Origin: Spirochaetota bacterium
Lineage (GTDB): Bacteria > Spirochaetota > UBA12135 > COTS27 > CAXSBA01
Direction: 5' to 3'
DNA: 64,000 bases
Assembly: GCA_965224715.1 (NCBI GenBank)
Contig: OZ245054.1
Coordinates: 160,354 to 224,353 of the forward strand
The translations under genes were made by a program, and so were the position numbers. The notes beneath the pieces were generated by a model, which had not been told where the DNA came from, searched no databases, and worked only from the letters and a program-made list of their open reading frames with translations. Below, piece by piece: positions 1 to 11,500 of the stretch; the first letter of the stretch is position 1; each line of letters opens with the position of its first letter.

Positions 1-35
1 TTCAGTCCATCCCCGCAATGCGGACATGGACTGAA
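1..35 (-). terminator. Hairpin just downstream of the Ig-domain lipoprotein gene (terminator or REP-like)
   Basis: TTCAGTCCAT (1-10) is the reverse complement of ATGGACTGAA (26-35), with an inner CCGCA/TGCGG pair. It lies 20 nt past the stop at 56. Any U-tract would fall outside the window. Confidence 0.5.
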
Positions 36-55
36 AAGATACGGTGGAATTGGTA

Positions 56-1381
56 TTACCGGTCGGGATGGAAGGTTATATTGATAGGGGAATCGGGGGG
101 AACCCTGCTCTCTACACGCACAGAATAACTACCCTTGTCCGGAAATAGGGTAGAGGGGAGAATAGTAAAAACTCCAATTACCTTTTTGCCACCCATTGTT
201 CGATACCCCTTTCCTCCATCTGTGAAATGAGATGGTATAAGTACCGCAACACCATTGCTTATCTGCATAGGATCCGGTTCTCCAAAAGTAATGGAGTATA
301 CCACATGGGGCGGTTCATTTGGTTCTTCCAGAGCATAGGTTGGAGAACGTGTACTAAAGAGAGAAACAGGCAGAACAAATATCACATCCGATGCATCATA
401 GAAATAGTCACCACTCATTGCAGGATCATTGACGTATCCGTCTGTCAGGGGTGTATTGTCCGGATCGAAGGTATCGGTGTTAAAGTCCTTTATTGTCATT
501 ACGCTGCTGCCCCCGTCCTTAAGGGCATAGAGGGTGTATGCGGTGTCCGGGGTCAATAAATAAGAGTCAATATCGACTACCTCCCCGCCAACGGTGTCTC
601 CGTTTTTGACAGCACTTCCTAAGTAGTTGCTATTTGTTGCAAGAGCACGAATTCCCGAACTAAGGGAATAGCTTAGCAGGATTTTTTTTGCCGCACTGTC
701 CACTATCCGGTAGACGCCGGCGCCATCGTTCATTTCCTGTACCGCGGGGGCTGTCTCTGTTTTGAGTTTCAGAGCGAATTTATGCCGCCCCATAGAGGTT
801 GTCCCATCAGCTTTAACGGTAAACACGACATAGTGATACCGCCGGTCTTTTTCGGAATTCGTTTTGGCTGTTTCTGTTACCACGATGTTCCTGCTGAGAG
901 TTCCCACCGCAATGGTAATAGCCGCAGTTGCCGAACCTGTGTAACCTTCCGTGCCTGTTGCCGTTACGGTATATACCGCTTCCGCCGCATAGGCATCCGT
1001 TGGGGTGCCGCTTATGGTTCCCGATTTCGGGTTGAGTTCCAGACCGGCGGGGAGCTGCGGGCTTACGGTGTAATTGACCATCGCGTCCTTGGGAACTATG
1101 GTGGGTGTAATGGCGGTGATGGCATTCCCTTCGGCTGCATTGATTGTAGGAGCGGAATACGTCAGGGATATGAGAGATGGAGTTGTCGATGACGTGTCTT
1201 CATTTCCACATGAAACAGTTGCCAGCATTATGGAAATGCTGAGCAGTGCCAAGTAGTTGATCGAAAGTTCTAAAAGATATTTGAACTGTAAGGCTTTATT
1301 TAGTCGAGGGGGGGGGGGGGGGGTGATCTTACTTGAGGGAGTGATCAACTCCGATTTTTTAGTTAAATATAATTTTTTCAT
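56..1381 (-). CDS. Surface lipoprotein with putative Ig (He_PIG-like) domain
   Basis: Hydrophobic stretch and lipobox (LATVS-C), then LPAGLELNPKSGTISGTP, the typical putative-Ig motif. Visibly more GC-rich than the flanks. Confidence 0.75.
   Translation of the reverse strand: MKKLYLTKKSELITPSSKITPPPPPRLNKALQFKYLLELSINYLALLSISIMLATVSCGNEDTSSTTPSLISLTYSAPTINAAEGNAITAITPTIVPKDAMVNYTVSPQLPAGLELNPKSGTISGTPTDAYAAEAVYTVTATGTEGYTGSATAAITIAVGTLSRNIVVTETAKTNSEKDRRYHYVVFTVKADGTTSMGRHKFALKLKTETAPAVQEMNDGAGVYRIVDSAAKKILLSYSLSSGIRALATNSNYLGSAVKNGDTVGGEVVDIDSYLLTPDTAYTLYALKDGGSSVMTIKDFNTDTFDPDNTPLTDGYVNDPAMSGDYFYDASDVIFVLPVSLFSTRSPTYALEEPNEPPHVVYSITFGEPDPMQISNGVAVLIPSHFTDGGKGYRTMGGKKVIGVFTILPSTLFPDKGSYSVRVESRVPPDSPINITFHPDR
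1308..1323. repeat. G16 homopolymer (poly-C on the coding strand) in the 5' coding region
   Basis: 16 consecutive G at 1308-1323, encoding the PPPPP run ahead of the signal peptide. Confidence 0.9.
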
Positions 1382-1443
1382 TGTGTTGTCCTTTTAATGA
1401 ATTTTTAAATAATGTTTATATTTTATCATGAAATAGATTACTT

Positions 1444-1461
1444 TGAATGACAAGTCATTCA
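1444..1461. promoter_or_regulatory. Palindrome between the uvrB stop and the lipoprotein gene
   Basis: TGAATGAC-AA-GTCATTCA is a perfect 8-bp inverted repeat. It could be an operator or a terminator. Confidence 0.35.
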
Positions 1462-1463
1462 GA

Positions 1464-3470
1464 TTAACTCTTTATCTTACTTTTTATTTCCAACTCATGG
1501 ATCAGGTCCCTAATCTCAATAGCTCTTTCAAAGTCCATATTGTCAGCTGCCAATCTCATTTCAAAGTCAAGTTTCTTGATCGTTTCTTTTATGTTTTTTC
1601 CCCCACCTTTAATCACCAATTCATGGTTTTGATATTCCATCTCTATTTTTTTCTTCTTATCTAACCCTGTCATTTCCCGTTGGAGAATATCATTTACTGG
1701 CTTAATAATTGTCTTAGGAATAATCCCATGTTTCTGATTAAATGCAATTTGAATCTGACGGCGATGGTTGGTTTCATCAATACAGCCCCGCATAGCATCG
1801 GAAATACGATCAGCATACATGATCACCCGACCCTGTTGATTCCGAGCCGCCCTCCCCACCGTTTGAATGAGTGAAGTTTTACTACGTAGAAAACCAATTT
1901 TATCAGCATCTAAAATTGAAACTAATGAAACTTCAGGAAGATCTAATCCCTCTCTAAGAAGATTAATCCCTATTAAAACATCTACTTTACCAGAACGAAG
2001 AGATTTAAGAATATCCACTCTCTCAATGGTTTCAATATCAGAGTGAAGATAAGTTACCTTAATCCCATGGTTTTTAAGATAATCACAGAAAGTTTCGGAC
2101 ATCTTCTTCGTGAGGGTGGTCACTAAAGTTCTAAAGCCAGCTTGGGTATTTCTTTTGATTTCGAAAAGAAGGTCATCGATCTGTCCTTCAGTTGGTCGAA
2201 CTATAATTTCTGGATCCAGCAATCCCGTAGGTCGGTTAATTAGTTCCTTCACCCCTTCGCTTTTTTTTATCTCGTATTCTCCTGGAGTGGCAGTTACGAA
2301 AATATACTTCTTGGCTTTGGTAAAAAATTCATCAAAAAAAAGAGGACGATTGTCCAAAGCCGAAGGGAGACGAAAACCATAATCCACTAAGGATTGTTTG
2401 CGAGATCGATCCCCATTATACATACCTCGAACCTGTGGTAAGGTTACATGAGATTCATCCACAAAAATAAGATAATCTTCAGGAAAATAATCAAGAAGAG
2501 TATAAGGAGGATCGCCTTCCTTTCTGCCCGAAAGATGCCGAGAGTAATTTTCTATTCCAGGACAATAACCGACAGTTTTAAGCATCTCCAAGTCATAGAG
2601 AGTTCGAGAGTAAATCCGTTCTCTTTCCAAGGGTTTCCGTTCTTTCTCAAAGAACTTAACCCTCTCTTTGAGCTCTTTTTCAATATCTTTGCAGGCCCGA
2701 CTCACCTTTTCATGGGGCATAACGAAATGTTTAGCTGGAAGAATATTGATCTCTTTTCTTTTTTCCCGAACTTTGTTATTGGTAACATCAAGTATCGAGA
2801 GTGCCTCTATATCGTCTCCAAACATCTCAATCCGATAAGCATATTCAAGATATGAAGGAACGATATCAATCACATCTCCACGGACTCGGAAATTCCCTCT
2901 TTCCAAAATATCATCATTACGTCGATATTGAATATCGATAAGGGAGTGGATGAGTTGGCGTTGAGAAATCTTTTCTCCTACTTTGAGGGAAATATACATT
3001 TTTTGATAATCCTCCGGGGAACCCAATCCGTAAATACAAGATACCGTTGAAACAATAACCACATCTTTCCTCTCCATCAATGAAGAAGTGGCCTTGAGCC
3101 TCATTCGATCAATATCTTCATTGATCGATGATTCCTTTTCAATATAGAGATCTTTTTTAGCGACATAAGCTTCGGGTTGATAATAATCATAATAGGAAAC
3201 AAAATACTCCACCGCATTATTTGGGAAAAAACCCTTGAACTCCCTGTAGAGTTGGGCTGCCAAAGTTTTATTATGAGCTAAAATAAGAGCAGGTTGCCTA
3301 CACCCTTGGATAATTTTAGCCATCACATAAGTTTTTCCGGTTCCGGTAGCACCCTTGATGGTTTGGAATTTATGATTTCGTTTTAGGTCTTTAGTAACTT
3401 GATCAATAGTTTTCTTTTGATCCCCTTTAGGGGTCAACGTTTGATCGATGGCAAAACCCACCATGCCCAT
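1464..3470 (-). CDS. uvrB: Excinuclease ABC subunit B
   Basis: GATGTGKT Walker A, YFVSYYDYYQPEAY, DESHVT, GFRLPSALDNRPL, GINLLREGLDLPEVSLV, C-terminal UVR domain. Start moved to ATG 3470 to avoid overlap. Confidence 0.97.
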   Translation of the reverse strand: MGMVGFAIDQTLTPKGDQKKTIDQVTKDLKRNHKFQTIKGATGTGKTYVMAKIIQGCRQPALILAHNKTLAAQLYREFKGFFPNNAVEYFVSYYDYYQPEAYVAKKDLYIEKESSINEDIDRMRLKATSSLMERKDVVIVSTVSCIYGLGSPEDYQKMYISLKVGEKISQRQLIHSLIDIQYRRNDDILERGNFRVRGDVIDIVPSYLEYAYRIEMFGDDIEALSILDVTNNKVREKRKEINILPAKHFVMPHEKVSRACKDIEKELKERVKFFEKERKPLERERIYSRTLYDLEMLKTVGYCPGIENYSRHLSGRKEGDPPYTLLDYFPEDYLIFVDESHVTLPQVRGMYNGDRSRKQSLVDYGFRLPSALDNRPLFFDEFFTKAKKYIFVTATPGEYEIKKSEGVKELINRPTGLLDPEIIVRPTEGQIDDLLFEIKRNTQAGFRTLVTTLTKKMSETFCDYLKNHGIKVTYLHSDIETIERVDILKSLRSGKVDVLIGINLLREGLDLPEVSLVSILDADKIGFLRSKTSLIQTVGRAARNQQGRVIMYADRISDAMRGCIDETNHRRQIQIAFNQKHGIIPKTIIKPVNDILQREMTGLDKKKKIEMEYQNHELVIKGGGKNIKETIKKLDFEMRLAADNMDFERAIEIRDLIHELEIKSKIKS

Positions 3471-3480
3471 ATTAACATTA

Positions 3481-4326
3481 TCAGTCTGAAACGTACAAAT
3501 CAAAGGCCAATATTAAACTATTTGTTTCTGCCTTTAGAAGATTAAAAAATTCATGAAAATCGTAACCCTGTTTATCAACAAAGAAACTGGAGAAAAGATT
3601 ACTTGAAAAATTATCCACATCTACTCGATAACTCCAATGAATAATTTTTTTTACTTTATCGAAAACAATCGATGCTTTAGTGATTATTTCTTTTTCTAAT
3701 TGGTTTTGGTTTTGAGAACCCTTATCCAAATCAAAACAATATTGTGAAAATATAAAGGGAATGGATCGCTTTTTTGAATAAGTGAAATCCTCCAAGCCAT
3801 AAATCACCCCATAAATAATTTTTTGATATTCAGGTTCAGTTATAACTTTTGTGCTTCGAACGAGACCACTGGAAAATTTTTTTTCAAAACTTATTAAAGC
3901 TCCATAGAGCCTTTCAATTTTCGGATTCGCTTTTACATGAATAAGGACCCTGGGATATTCTTCTAATTCTTTATTTACAGATTTAATATTCCAACTTTTT
4001 TTGGCAACACTTGTGTTCCCCTTATCGTCTAACTGATTATTTTGTGAACTTGATTCCAGTTTTTTCTTGTATATATTCAGTGCTTCTTCTTCTACATGAA
4101 GGAAGTCATCCATCTTCATATCTTCCTTTCGAGCTCGATCATAGCGATCAAAAAAAGCTTGTTGCAACTGAGAATTTCCTGGTTTTTCGAGAGAAAGCCG
4201 CTTATACTGCATAGCAATCAAATCGAATTGGCTTTTTTGTCTATCGTTTAATCCTTGAACTTTATAAGGAAATATTGATTGATATACAGTCTTCTTTCTT
4301 GAAAAAAATTCATTAAAAATACCCAT
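3481..4326 (-). CDS. Hypothetical protein between rpoC and uvrB
   Basis: 281-aa ORF tightly packed between neighbours (gaps of about 10 nt). No recognised motif. Confidence 0.7.
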   Translation of the reverse strand: MGIFNEFFSRKKTVYQSIFPYKVQGLNDRQKSQFDLIAMQYKRLSLEKPGNSQLQQAFFDRYDRARKEDMKMDDFLHVEEEALNIYKKKLESSSQNNQLDDKGNTSVAKKSWNIKSVNKELEEYPRVLIHVKANPKIERLYGALISFEKKFSSGLVRSTKVITEPEYQKIIYGVIYGLEDFTYSKKRSIPFIFSQYCFDLDKGSQNQNQLEKEIITKASIVFDKVKKIIHWSYRVDVDNFSSNLFSSFFVDKQGYDFHEFFNLLKAETNSLILAFDLYVSD

Positions 4327-4335
4327 AGTAATAGT

Positions 4336-7300
4336 TTATGTATCCATTTCTTCACTCATGATATAGTCCAAATCACCTGGAATATTTTTATATACAATAA
4401 CATTGTCATAGACAGCCTTCCCGGTTCCCGCAGGAATTTTCTTACCTACAATGACATTCTCCTTAAGTCCATAAAGAAGATCTTCAGAACTTTTAATAGA
4501 AGCATTGGACAAAACTTTACTTGTTTCTTGAAATGAAGCTGAAGATATAAAACTATCGGTATTGAGTGAGGCTTTAGTTAAACCTAAGAGTACACTTCTA
4601 ACCACTGCTGGTTGGCCTCCTTCTGCAAAAACTATCTCATTTTTTCTCCGGATTATATATTTATCCACCAACTCTCCCTTGATATAAGAAGTATCTCCAG
4701 GATCAACTACCTCTACCTTTCGTAACATTTGTCTCACGATCACCCCAATATGCTTATCGTTGATGTTAACCCCTTGACGTTTATAGACTTCTTGAACATT
4801 CTCAAGAATGAACAAATAAAGAGAGGTTTCCCCCATAACTCTAAGGATATCATGAGAATTGACCAGTCCTTCGCAGATCGGTTCCCCACATTTAACTTTA
4901 TCTCCAGTTCTCACTAATAATGTTTTGCCCGAAGGAACCATATGTAAGATTTGATCCCCATATTCATTTTTTACATAAATAGCTCTCTTTCCTTTTTTGG
5001 TTTCCCCTACTTCAATTTCTCCATCAATTTCTGCAATAACAGCTGAATTGCCAGGGGTACGAGCTTCAAAAAGAATTTGAACCCGAGGAAGGCCTCCAGT
5101 GATATCTACAGTGGTTTGGGACATGCGTATTCTTCCTGATAAGGACTGTCCTTTTTTCACCTCTTCTCCATCGTTGATCATTAAATTTGAGTTAATAGGA
5201 ATATCTACTTCAACTGTATTATTTGTCTTAACATCAGTGATAATCAACTTAGGCTGAAGCTCTTCCTCCCGAGGTGTAATGATTCTCTTGGTAGTCACCC
5301 CTGTCATTTCATCAACTTCCTCTTTAAGGGTTTTATTAAGAATTACGTCTTGGTAACGAACGATTCCATTGATTTCTGCAATCAAAGGCTCTGTGATATT
5401 ATCGAAAGTATAAACAATTTCATCTTTTTTAATAAATTCACCTTCAAACTTTTTAAATACCGCCCCAATCTCAAGTGGATGTTGATGCTGAGTAGAGATA
5501 TGAGCAATGACCTTATTTTGTTCATCTATATAGATCATTCCAGACTTTTTTAGATAGATCGGATCACCTTTTTCATTCTCGCCAAGAAGATCATTCACAT
5601 TCCCAATATTACCACTTTTAAATTTCAACTTCTTAACTTTATCTTTATTCCAACTCTCAACCACTACACTTAGAGTAATAAAGCCTCTTCGTGCTACCAC
5701 TTTTTTCCCATCTTCTCTTTCAACTAAATTATCAGGTATTTTAAGAAGGATAGCATCAAACGGAGCTTTATAAAAAGGATCCTTAATTTCAGAAGAAGCA
5801 GTCCCACCAATATGGAAGGTTCGCATAGTCAACTGAGTGCCGGGTTGTCCGATAGATTGGGAGGCTATAATCCCTACGGTCTCTCCAATATCAACAATAC
5901 GACCAGTGGCTAGATTAATACCATAACATTTCTGACAAATACCCTGAAGAGCATCACAAGTAATCACAGTTCTGATCTTAACTTTTTCTATTTCTAATTG
6001 ATCGAATTGAAGAGCCACAGACTCATCAATTAAAGTGTCCGCTTCTAAAATAATTTCTTCGGTAAAAGGATTGATAATATCTTCAGCAGAGTATCTACCC
6101 ACAACCCTCTCAGAAATCTTCTCGATAAATTCATCTCCAACTTTGATAGGATAGACATCAATACCAACAATAGTACCACAATCATCTAAAGAAATCGTCA
6201 CATCTTGAGCAATATCTACTAACTTTCTGGTAAGATAGCCAGCATCAGCTGTTTTGAGTGCGGTATCCGATAGCCCTTTCCGGGCTCCATGAGTAGAAAT
6301 AAAATACTCCAGTACCCCTAATCCTTCTTTGAAGTTGGAGACAATCGGCATATCAATAATTTCACCCGAAGGTTTAGCCATAAGTCCACGCATCCCTGCA
6401 AGCTGCCGTATTTGTTGTTTACTTCCTCGAGCCCCCGAAGTAGCCATCAAATATAAAGAGTTGTGACCACTTTGATCTTTCTCTAGTACATCCATCATAT
6501 GATGGGTAATCTGCTCATTAGCGAAAGTCCACAAGGAAATATTTTTTTGGAATTTTTCTTCATCAGTAAGAATCCCGTTTAGGTAATCTTCCGTATTCTT
6601 CTTACTCTTCTGTTGCGCCTCATGAATGATCTCATACTTCTTTTCTGGAATCAAAATATCTTCCAAGGCTATAGTATCTGCAAAGAGAGTGGAATAGTAA
6701 AACCCTGCATCTTTAACCTTGTCAAGCATAACCACCGTTTCATAAGTCCCACATTTCTTATAAACATCGGAAATAAGCTCATTAAGATCTGAATCGGTCA
6801 AAACTTTATTGATTAAACGGTTGTCATAATTTTGAGGAAGAAGAGAACTAAAAATTAATCGACCCAGGGTTGTCGTTACGATCTCATTATTGTAATTTAC
6901 TTTAATCTCAGCTTGAAGTTCCACTACCCCATTCTCATATGCTCGTTGAACTTCCTCTAATGAAGAGAAAAAGTGACCCTCCCCACGATCATCTTTTTTA
7001 ATTTGGGTCAAATTATATATCCCCAAAACAATATCCTGAGATGGATTAACAATCGGACTACCATTGGCTGGATCAAGAAGGTTTAAGGGTGAAAGCATTA
7101 ATGTCCAAGCCTCAATTTGAGCTTCGGTACTTAATGGAATATGCACTGCCATCTGGTCTCCATCAAAATCAGCATTATAAGCAGCACAAACTAGAGGGTG
7201 AAGACGAATAGCCTTACCACTGGAAATAACCGGCTCAAAAGCTTGCATGCCTAACCGATGAAGAGTTGGAGCTCGATTCAAAATCACTGGATGATCTTGG

Positions 7301-8544
7301 ACACATTCTTCTAAGATATTCCACACTTCGGGATATTCCTTGTCGATCAGTTTTTTGGCACTCTTGACATTATAAACAATCTTCCTTTCTACTAACTTCC
7401 TCATAACAAATGGACGAAAAAGCTCTAAAGCCATTTTCTTAGGAATGGCACACTGATGAATCTTTAGTTCCGGACCAACCACGATCACAGAACGTCCAGA
7501 ATAATCAACCCGTTTCCCTAAAAGGTTTTGGCGAAAACGTCCTTGTTTTCCTTTTAAAATATCGGAAAGTGATTTAAGAGGACGGTTACCATTACCTTTG
7601 ACATTTTTCTTTTTTCGTGAATTATCGAGAAGGGCATCCACTGCTTCCTGTAACATCCGCTTCTCATTTTTGATAATAATCTCTGGAGCTTTAAGAGCGA
7701 TCAACTTATTGAGTCGATTATTTCGGTTAATAATTCTTCGATAAAGATCATTTAAGTCAGAAGTAGCAAAACGTCCACCCTCTAATTGAACCATAGGACG
7801 AATATCCGGTGGAATGACGGGAATTACTTTCAAAATCATCCATTCAGGACGATTATAAGAATTAAGGAAATCCTCTAACAACATCAAACGGGCAAAGCTA
7901 CGTCGGTCCGTAATTTTGGATTTAGATACTTTCTCACGTAAACGGAAAGCCTCGTCTTCCAAGTCCATATCTCTAAGCATCTCCAGAATAACTTCAGCTC
8001 CAATCCCAGCCTTAAATCCACTTCCGTATTGATTACGATACTCGTAATATTCTTCTTCAGTGATGAGAGTTTTTCTTTTCAATCCCGAAATTGTCCCAGG
8101 GTCGATAACAATATATTTCTCATAATAGATGATTGACTTCAAATTGATAATGGAGAGGTCTAAAATCAAACTGATTCGAGAAGGCACCACTCGATAAAAC
8201 CAAATATGGGCAACTGGAGTTGCTAAGGTAACATGCCCCATTCTTTCTCGACGAACTTTGGAAGGAGTGACTTCAACCCCACAACGATCGCAGACTACTC
8301 CTTTATAACGTAAACTTTTAAACTTACCACAAAAGCACTCCCAATCTCTCGTGGTACCAAATATCTTTTCACAGAAAAGACCATCTTTCTCTGGTCGCAA
8401 AGTTCTATAGTTAATAGTTTCCGGCTTTAAAACTTCACCATAAGACCAAGATTTGATCATCTCAGGAGATGCTAAACTGATCTTAACTTTACTATAATTA
8501 ACATTGTTTTTTTTATCCAAATTTAAATCACTGGGTATCTTCAT
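4336..8544 (-). CDS. rpoC: DNA-directed RNA polymerase subunit beta'
   Basis: [12 protein letters not shown] catalytic motif, N-terminal Zn finger, [16 protein letters not shown]. Confidence 0.99.
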   Translation of the reverse strand: MKIPSDLNLDKKNNVNYSKVKISLASPEMIKSWSYGEVLKPETINYRTLRPEKDGLFCEKIFGTTRDWECFCGKFKSLRYKGVVCDRCGVEVTPSKVRRERMGHVTLATPVAHIWFYRVVPSRISLILDLSIINLKSIIYYEKYIVIDPGTISGLKRKTLITEEEYYEYRNQYGSGFKAGIGAEVILEMLRDMDLEDEAFRLREKVSKSKITDRRSFARLMLLEDFLNSYNRPEWMILKVIPVIPPDIRPMVQLEGGRFATSDLNDLYRRIINRNNRLNKLIALKAPEIIIKNEKRMLQEAVDALLDNSRKKKNVKGNGNRPLKSLSDILKGKQGRFRQNLLGKRVDYSGRSVIVVGPELKIHQCAIPKKMALELFRPFVMRKLVERKIVYNVKSAKKLIDKEYPEVWNILEECVQDHPVILNRAPTLHRLGMQAFEPVISSGKAIRLHPLVCAAYNADFDGDQMAVHIPLSTEAQIEAWTLMLSPLNLLDPANGSPIVNPSQDIVLGIYNLTQIKKDDRGEGHFFSSLEEVQRAYENGVVELQAEIKVNYNNEIVTTTLGRLIFSSLLPQNYDNRLINKVLTDSDLNELISDVYKKCGTYETVVMLDKVKDAGFYYSTLFADTIALEDILIPEKKYEIIHEAQQKSKKNTEDYLNGILTDEEKFQKNISLWTFANEQITHHMMDVLEKDQSGHNSLYLMATSGARGSKQQIRQLAGMRGLMAKPSGEIIDMPIVSNFKEGLGVLEYFISTHGARKGLSDTALKTADAGYLTRKLVDIAQDVTISLDDCGTIVGIDVYPIKVGDEFIEKISERVVGRYSAEDIINPFTEEIILEADTLIDESVALQFDQLEIEKVKIRTVITCDALQGICQKCYGINLATGRIVDIGETVGIIASQSIGQPGTQLTMRTFHIGGTASSEIKDPFYKAPFDAILLKIPDNLVEREDGKKVVARRGFITLSVVVESWNKDKVKKLKFKSGNIGNVNDLLGENEKGDPIYLKKSGMIYIDEQNKVIAHISTQHQHPLEIGAVFKKFEGEFIKKDEIVYTFDNITEPLIAEINGIVRYQDVILNKTLKEEVDEMTGVTTKRIITPREEELQPKLIITDVKTNNTVEVDIPINSNLMINDGEEVKKGQSLSGRIRMSQTTVDITGGLPRVQILFEARTPGNSAVIAEIDGEIEVGETKKGKRAIYVKNEYGDQILHMVPSGKTLLVRTGDKVKCGEPICEGLVNSHDILRVMGETSLYLFILENVQEVYKRQGVNINDKHIGVIVRQMLRKVEVVDPGDTSYIKGELVDKYIIRRKNEIVFAEGGQPAVVRSVLLGLTKASLNTDSFISSASFQETSKVLSNASIKSSEDLLYGLKENVIVGKKIPAGTGKAVYDNVIVYKNIPGDLDYIMSEEMDT

Positions 8545-8574
8545 ACTAAACTCTATCTATATGGTTAAGGTGGA

Positions 8575-11500
8575 TTAAATCATTGCTTTCCCACTATTAC
8601 GAACTGGGAAGATCTCCACTGCTTTATTCTCTTCATTGAACATCTCAATATTGATACCAAGACCTCGAAGCTCCTGAACCAATACATTGAAAGATTCTGG
8701 AATCCCTGGAGTAGTGATGAAGTCACCTTTAACGATAGCTTCATAAACTCGAGTTCGTCCGTCAATGGAATCAGACTTAACTGTTAGGAACTCTTGAAGA
8801 ATATTGGAGGCTCCATAGGCTTCAATGGCCCAGACCTCCATTTCTCCCACTCTCTGTCCCCCGAACTGAGCTTTTCCTCCCAAAGGCTGTTGGGTGATAA
8901 GGGAGTAAGGCCCAGTGGAACGAGCATGGACTTTATCATCAGCTAAGTGAGCTAATTTAAGATAATACATCACCCCTACGGTAACTTTTTTCTTAAATGG
9001 CTCTCCTGTAAGTCCATCATATAAAACCTTTTTTCCATCATCATCAATGCCAGATTTCTTAAAAAATTTTTTCAGATCATCGTAATTAACCGAATCGAAA
9101 ACTGGAACACTGAATTTACAATCTAAGTTTCTTCCCATCAACCCCAAAATGGTTTCCATTACTTGACCAATATTCATCCTGGAAGGAACTCCCAAAGCAT
9201 TAAGGACTACATCTACTGGAGTTCCATCCTCCATGAAGGGCATATCTGCCTCTGGAATGACTCTAGCGACCACGCCTTTATTTCCATGACGACCGGCAAA
9301 TTTGTCTCCCTCCTTAAGTTTTCTTTTTTTGGCAATAAGAATCTTAATTTTTTCAATAACACCGGGCTTGAAGTCCAGTCCATGATCACGACGATTATAT
9401 CGTTTAACACTAATCACCACCCCCTCAGTACCATGAGGCACCCTAAGAGAAGTATCCTTAACATCTTTAGCTTTCTCTCCAAAAATAGAATAGAGAAGCC
9501 GGTATTCAGGAGTTATCTCAGTATGTCCCTTGGGAGTCACTTTACCTACTAAAATATTACCAGGCCGGACCCGTGAGCCTTCTTGTATAACACCACCATC
9601 ATCCAACTCTCGGTATTCGTCTTCAGAGAGATTGGGAACTTCACGAGTGATATACTCTTTACCCATTTTGGTTTCACGAGCTTCTACTTCCAACTGCTCA
9701 ATATGTATTGAGGTATAAACATCATCTTTGAGAAGACGTTCTGACATTAAGACCGCATCTTCATAATTGTAACCTTTCCAAGGCATAAAAGCAACTAAGA
9801 CATTTTTACCGAGGGCCAGTTCACCATTATCGATAGAGGGACCATTACTTAAAACATCACCCCTCTTAACATTCTGTCCTTCAACCACTGTCGAAACTTG
9901 ATTAAAGTAGGTCTCCTGATTAGTGCGCCGTGACTTAATCAAATGATAGACTTCCACAGTCTTATTCTTACCAGTGATTTCTACCCGAGTACTATCTACA
10001 TAAGTTACCTTTCCATCATTTCTAACAAGTTGACAAAATCCTGATTCTTTAGCTGCGATATGCTCCATTCCAGTTCCTACTATAGGAGATTCCACTTTGA
10101 GAAGGGGGATAGCCTGTCGCATCATATTACACCCCATCAAAGCTCGGTTTGCATCATTATGTTTAAGGAAAGGAATAAGTGCCCCTGAAACCGAAACCGT
10201 CTGTTTTGAAGAAACATCCTGATAGCTCACTTCTTTAGAAAAATCAAACGAATAATTCCCTCTAGAACGTGTAGGTATGATCTTATCTTTGATTTTACCC
10301 GTTTTAGTAACCTCAGTACTGGCTGGAGTAATAACATATCTCTCTTCTTCAATTGCTGACAAAAAATCTATTTGATCAGTAACCTGACGATTCTCTACCT
10401 TATAATAGGGGGTTTCAATGAAACCAAAACTATTGACTCGAGCGCAAGTGGCCAATGAAACTATCAAACCGATATTAGGTCCTTCCGGTGTTTCAATTGG
10501 ACAAATCCGTCCATAATGGGTATAGTGGATATCTCTAACTTCAAAACCAGCTCGCTCCCGAGTTAATCCCCCAACTCCTAAAGCACTAATCCTCCGCTTA
10601 TGAGTGATCGCTGAAAGAGGATTAGTTTGATCCATAAACTGGGAAAGTTGAGATGTACCGAAAAATTCATTCAAGCTATTAGCAATAGGTTTTATAGAAA
10701 TAACTTTTTGAGGAGTAAGTGAGGATATCTCCTGGACACTCATCCGATCTTTAGCTAATTTCTTCACTCTAGCAAAGCTTATTTTTAAAGCATTGACTAA
10801 CTGCTCAGAAACACAACGGACTCGACGATTTCCTAAATGATCAATATCATCGAAAAGAATTTCCCCATTCTTTACCTTTAAAAGATGTTTAATAGTAAAA
10901 ATGATATCTCGAGGAGTGATGACTAAGTTATCTTGATCCTCCTCATAACTGAATTTTTTATTGATTTTGTATCGACCAACCTGACCTAATGAATAATAAT
11001 CCGGGTGGAAGAAGATGGACTTATCAACTCGAGTAAAACCCTTGTCAGACAAACCACACTGAACACAAGTTTTAGGCTCTTCGAAACTATTATAAATATA
11101 TTCACACTCCTCATTATTGCATTGCCAACGAACAATGATCTCATTAAGAGCAATTTGAGAATTTGAAGGACGATTCCCACGAATGGTATAGAAAAAAAAT
11201 TCACAAGCCTCTGTCTGACTTAATGCCTTCTCCTCTTTAGAAAGAGTATTGAGGATCACCTGTTCTTTTTCAGCATCTTCTTCTTTGATAACTTCTATGG
11301 TATTTATGGCTGCTTCAGCTAAAGTATCAAGGGTTACCTCCTGAACCACAGTTCCTGCAACAGCGATTACCTTATTCTCATGATCAATCACATCTTTAAA
11401 CAAGATTCTTTCCAAAAGATTATCTTTGTCAGGTTTTTTATGATTAATGGTTAAAGTTTCCCCTTCATAGAATAAACTTAAAATTTGTTCATTTTTTTCA

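Noticed and set aside
5100-5810. Large insertion in the RpoC trigger loop
   Set aside because: It corresponds to the known lineage-specific beta' i6 (SI3) sandwich-barrel insertion, so it is not novel.
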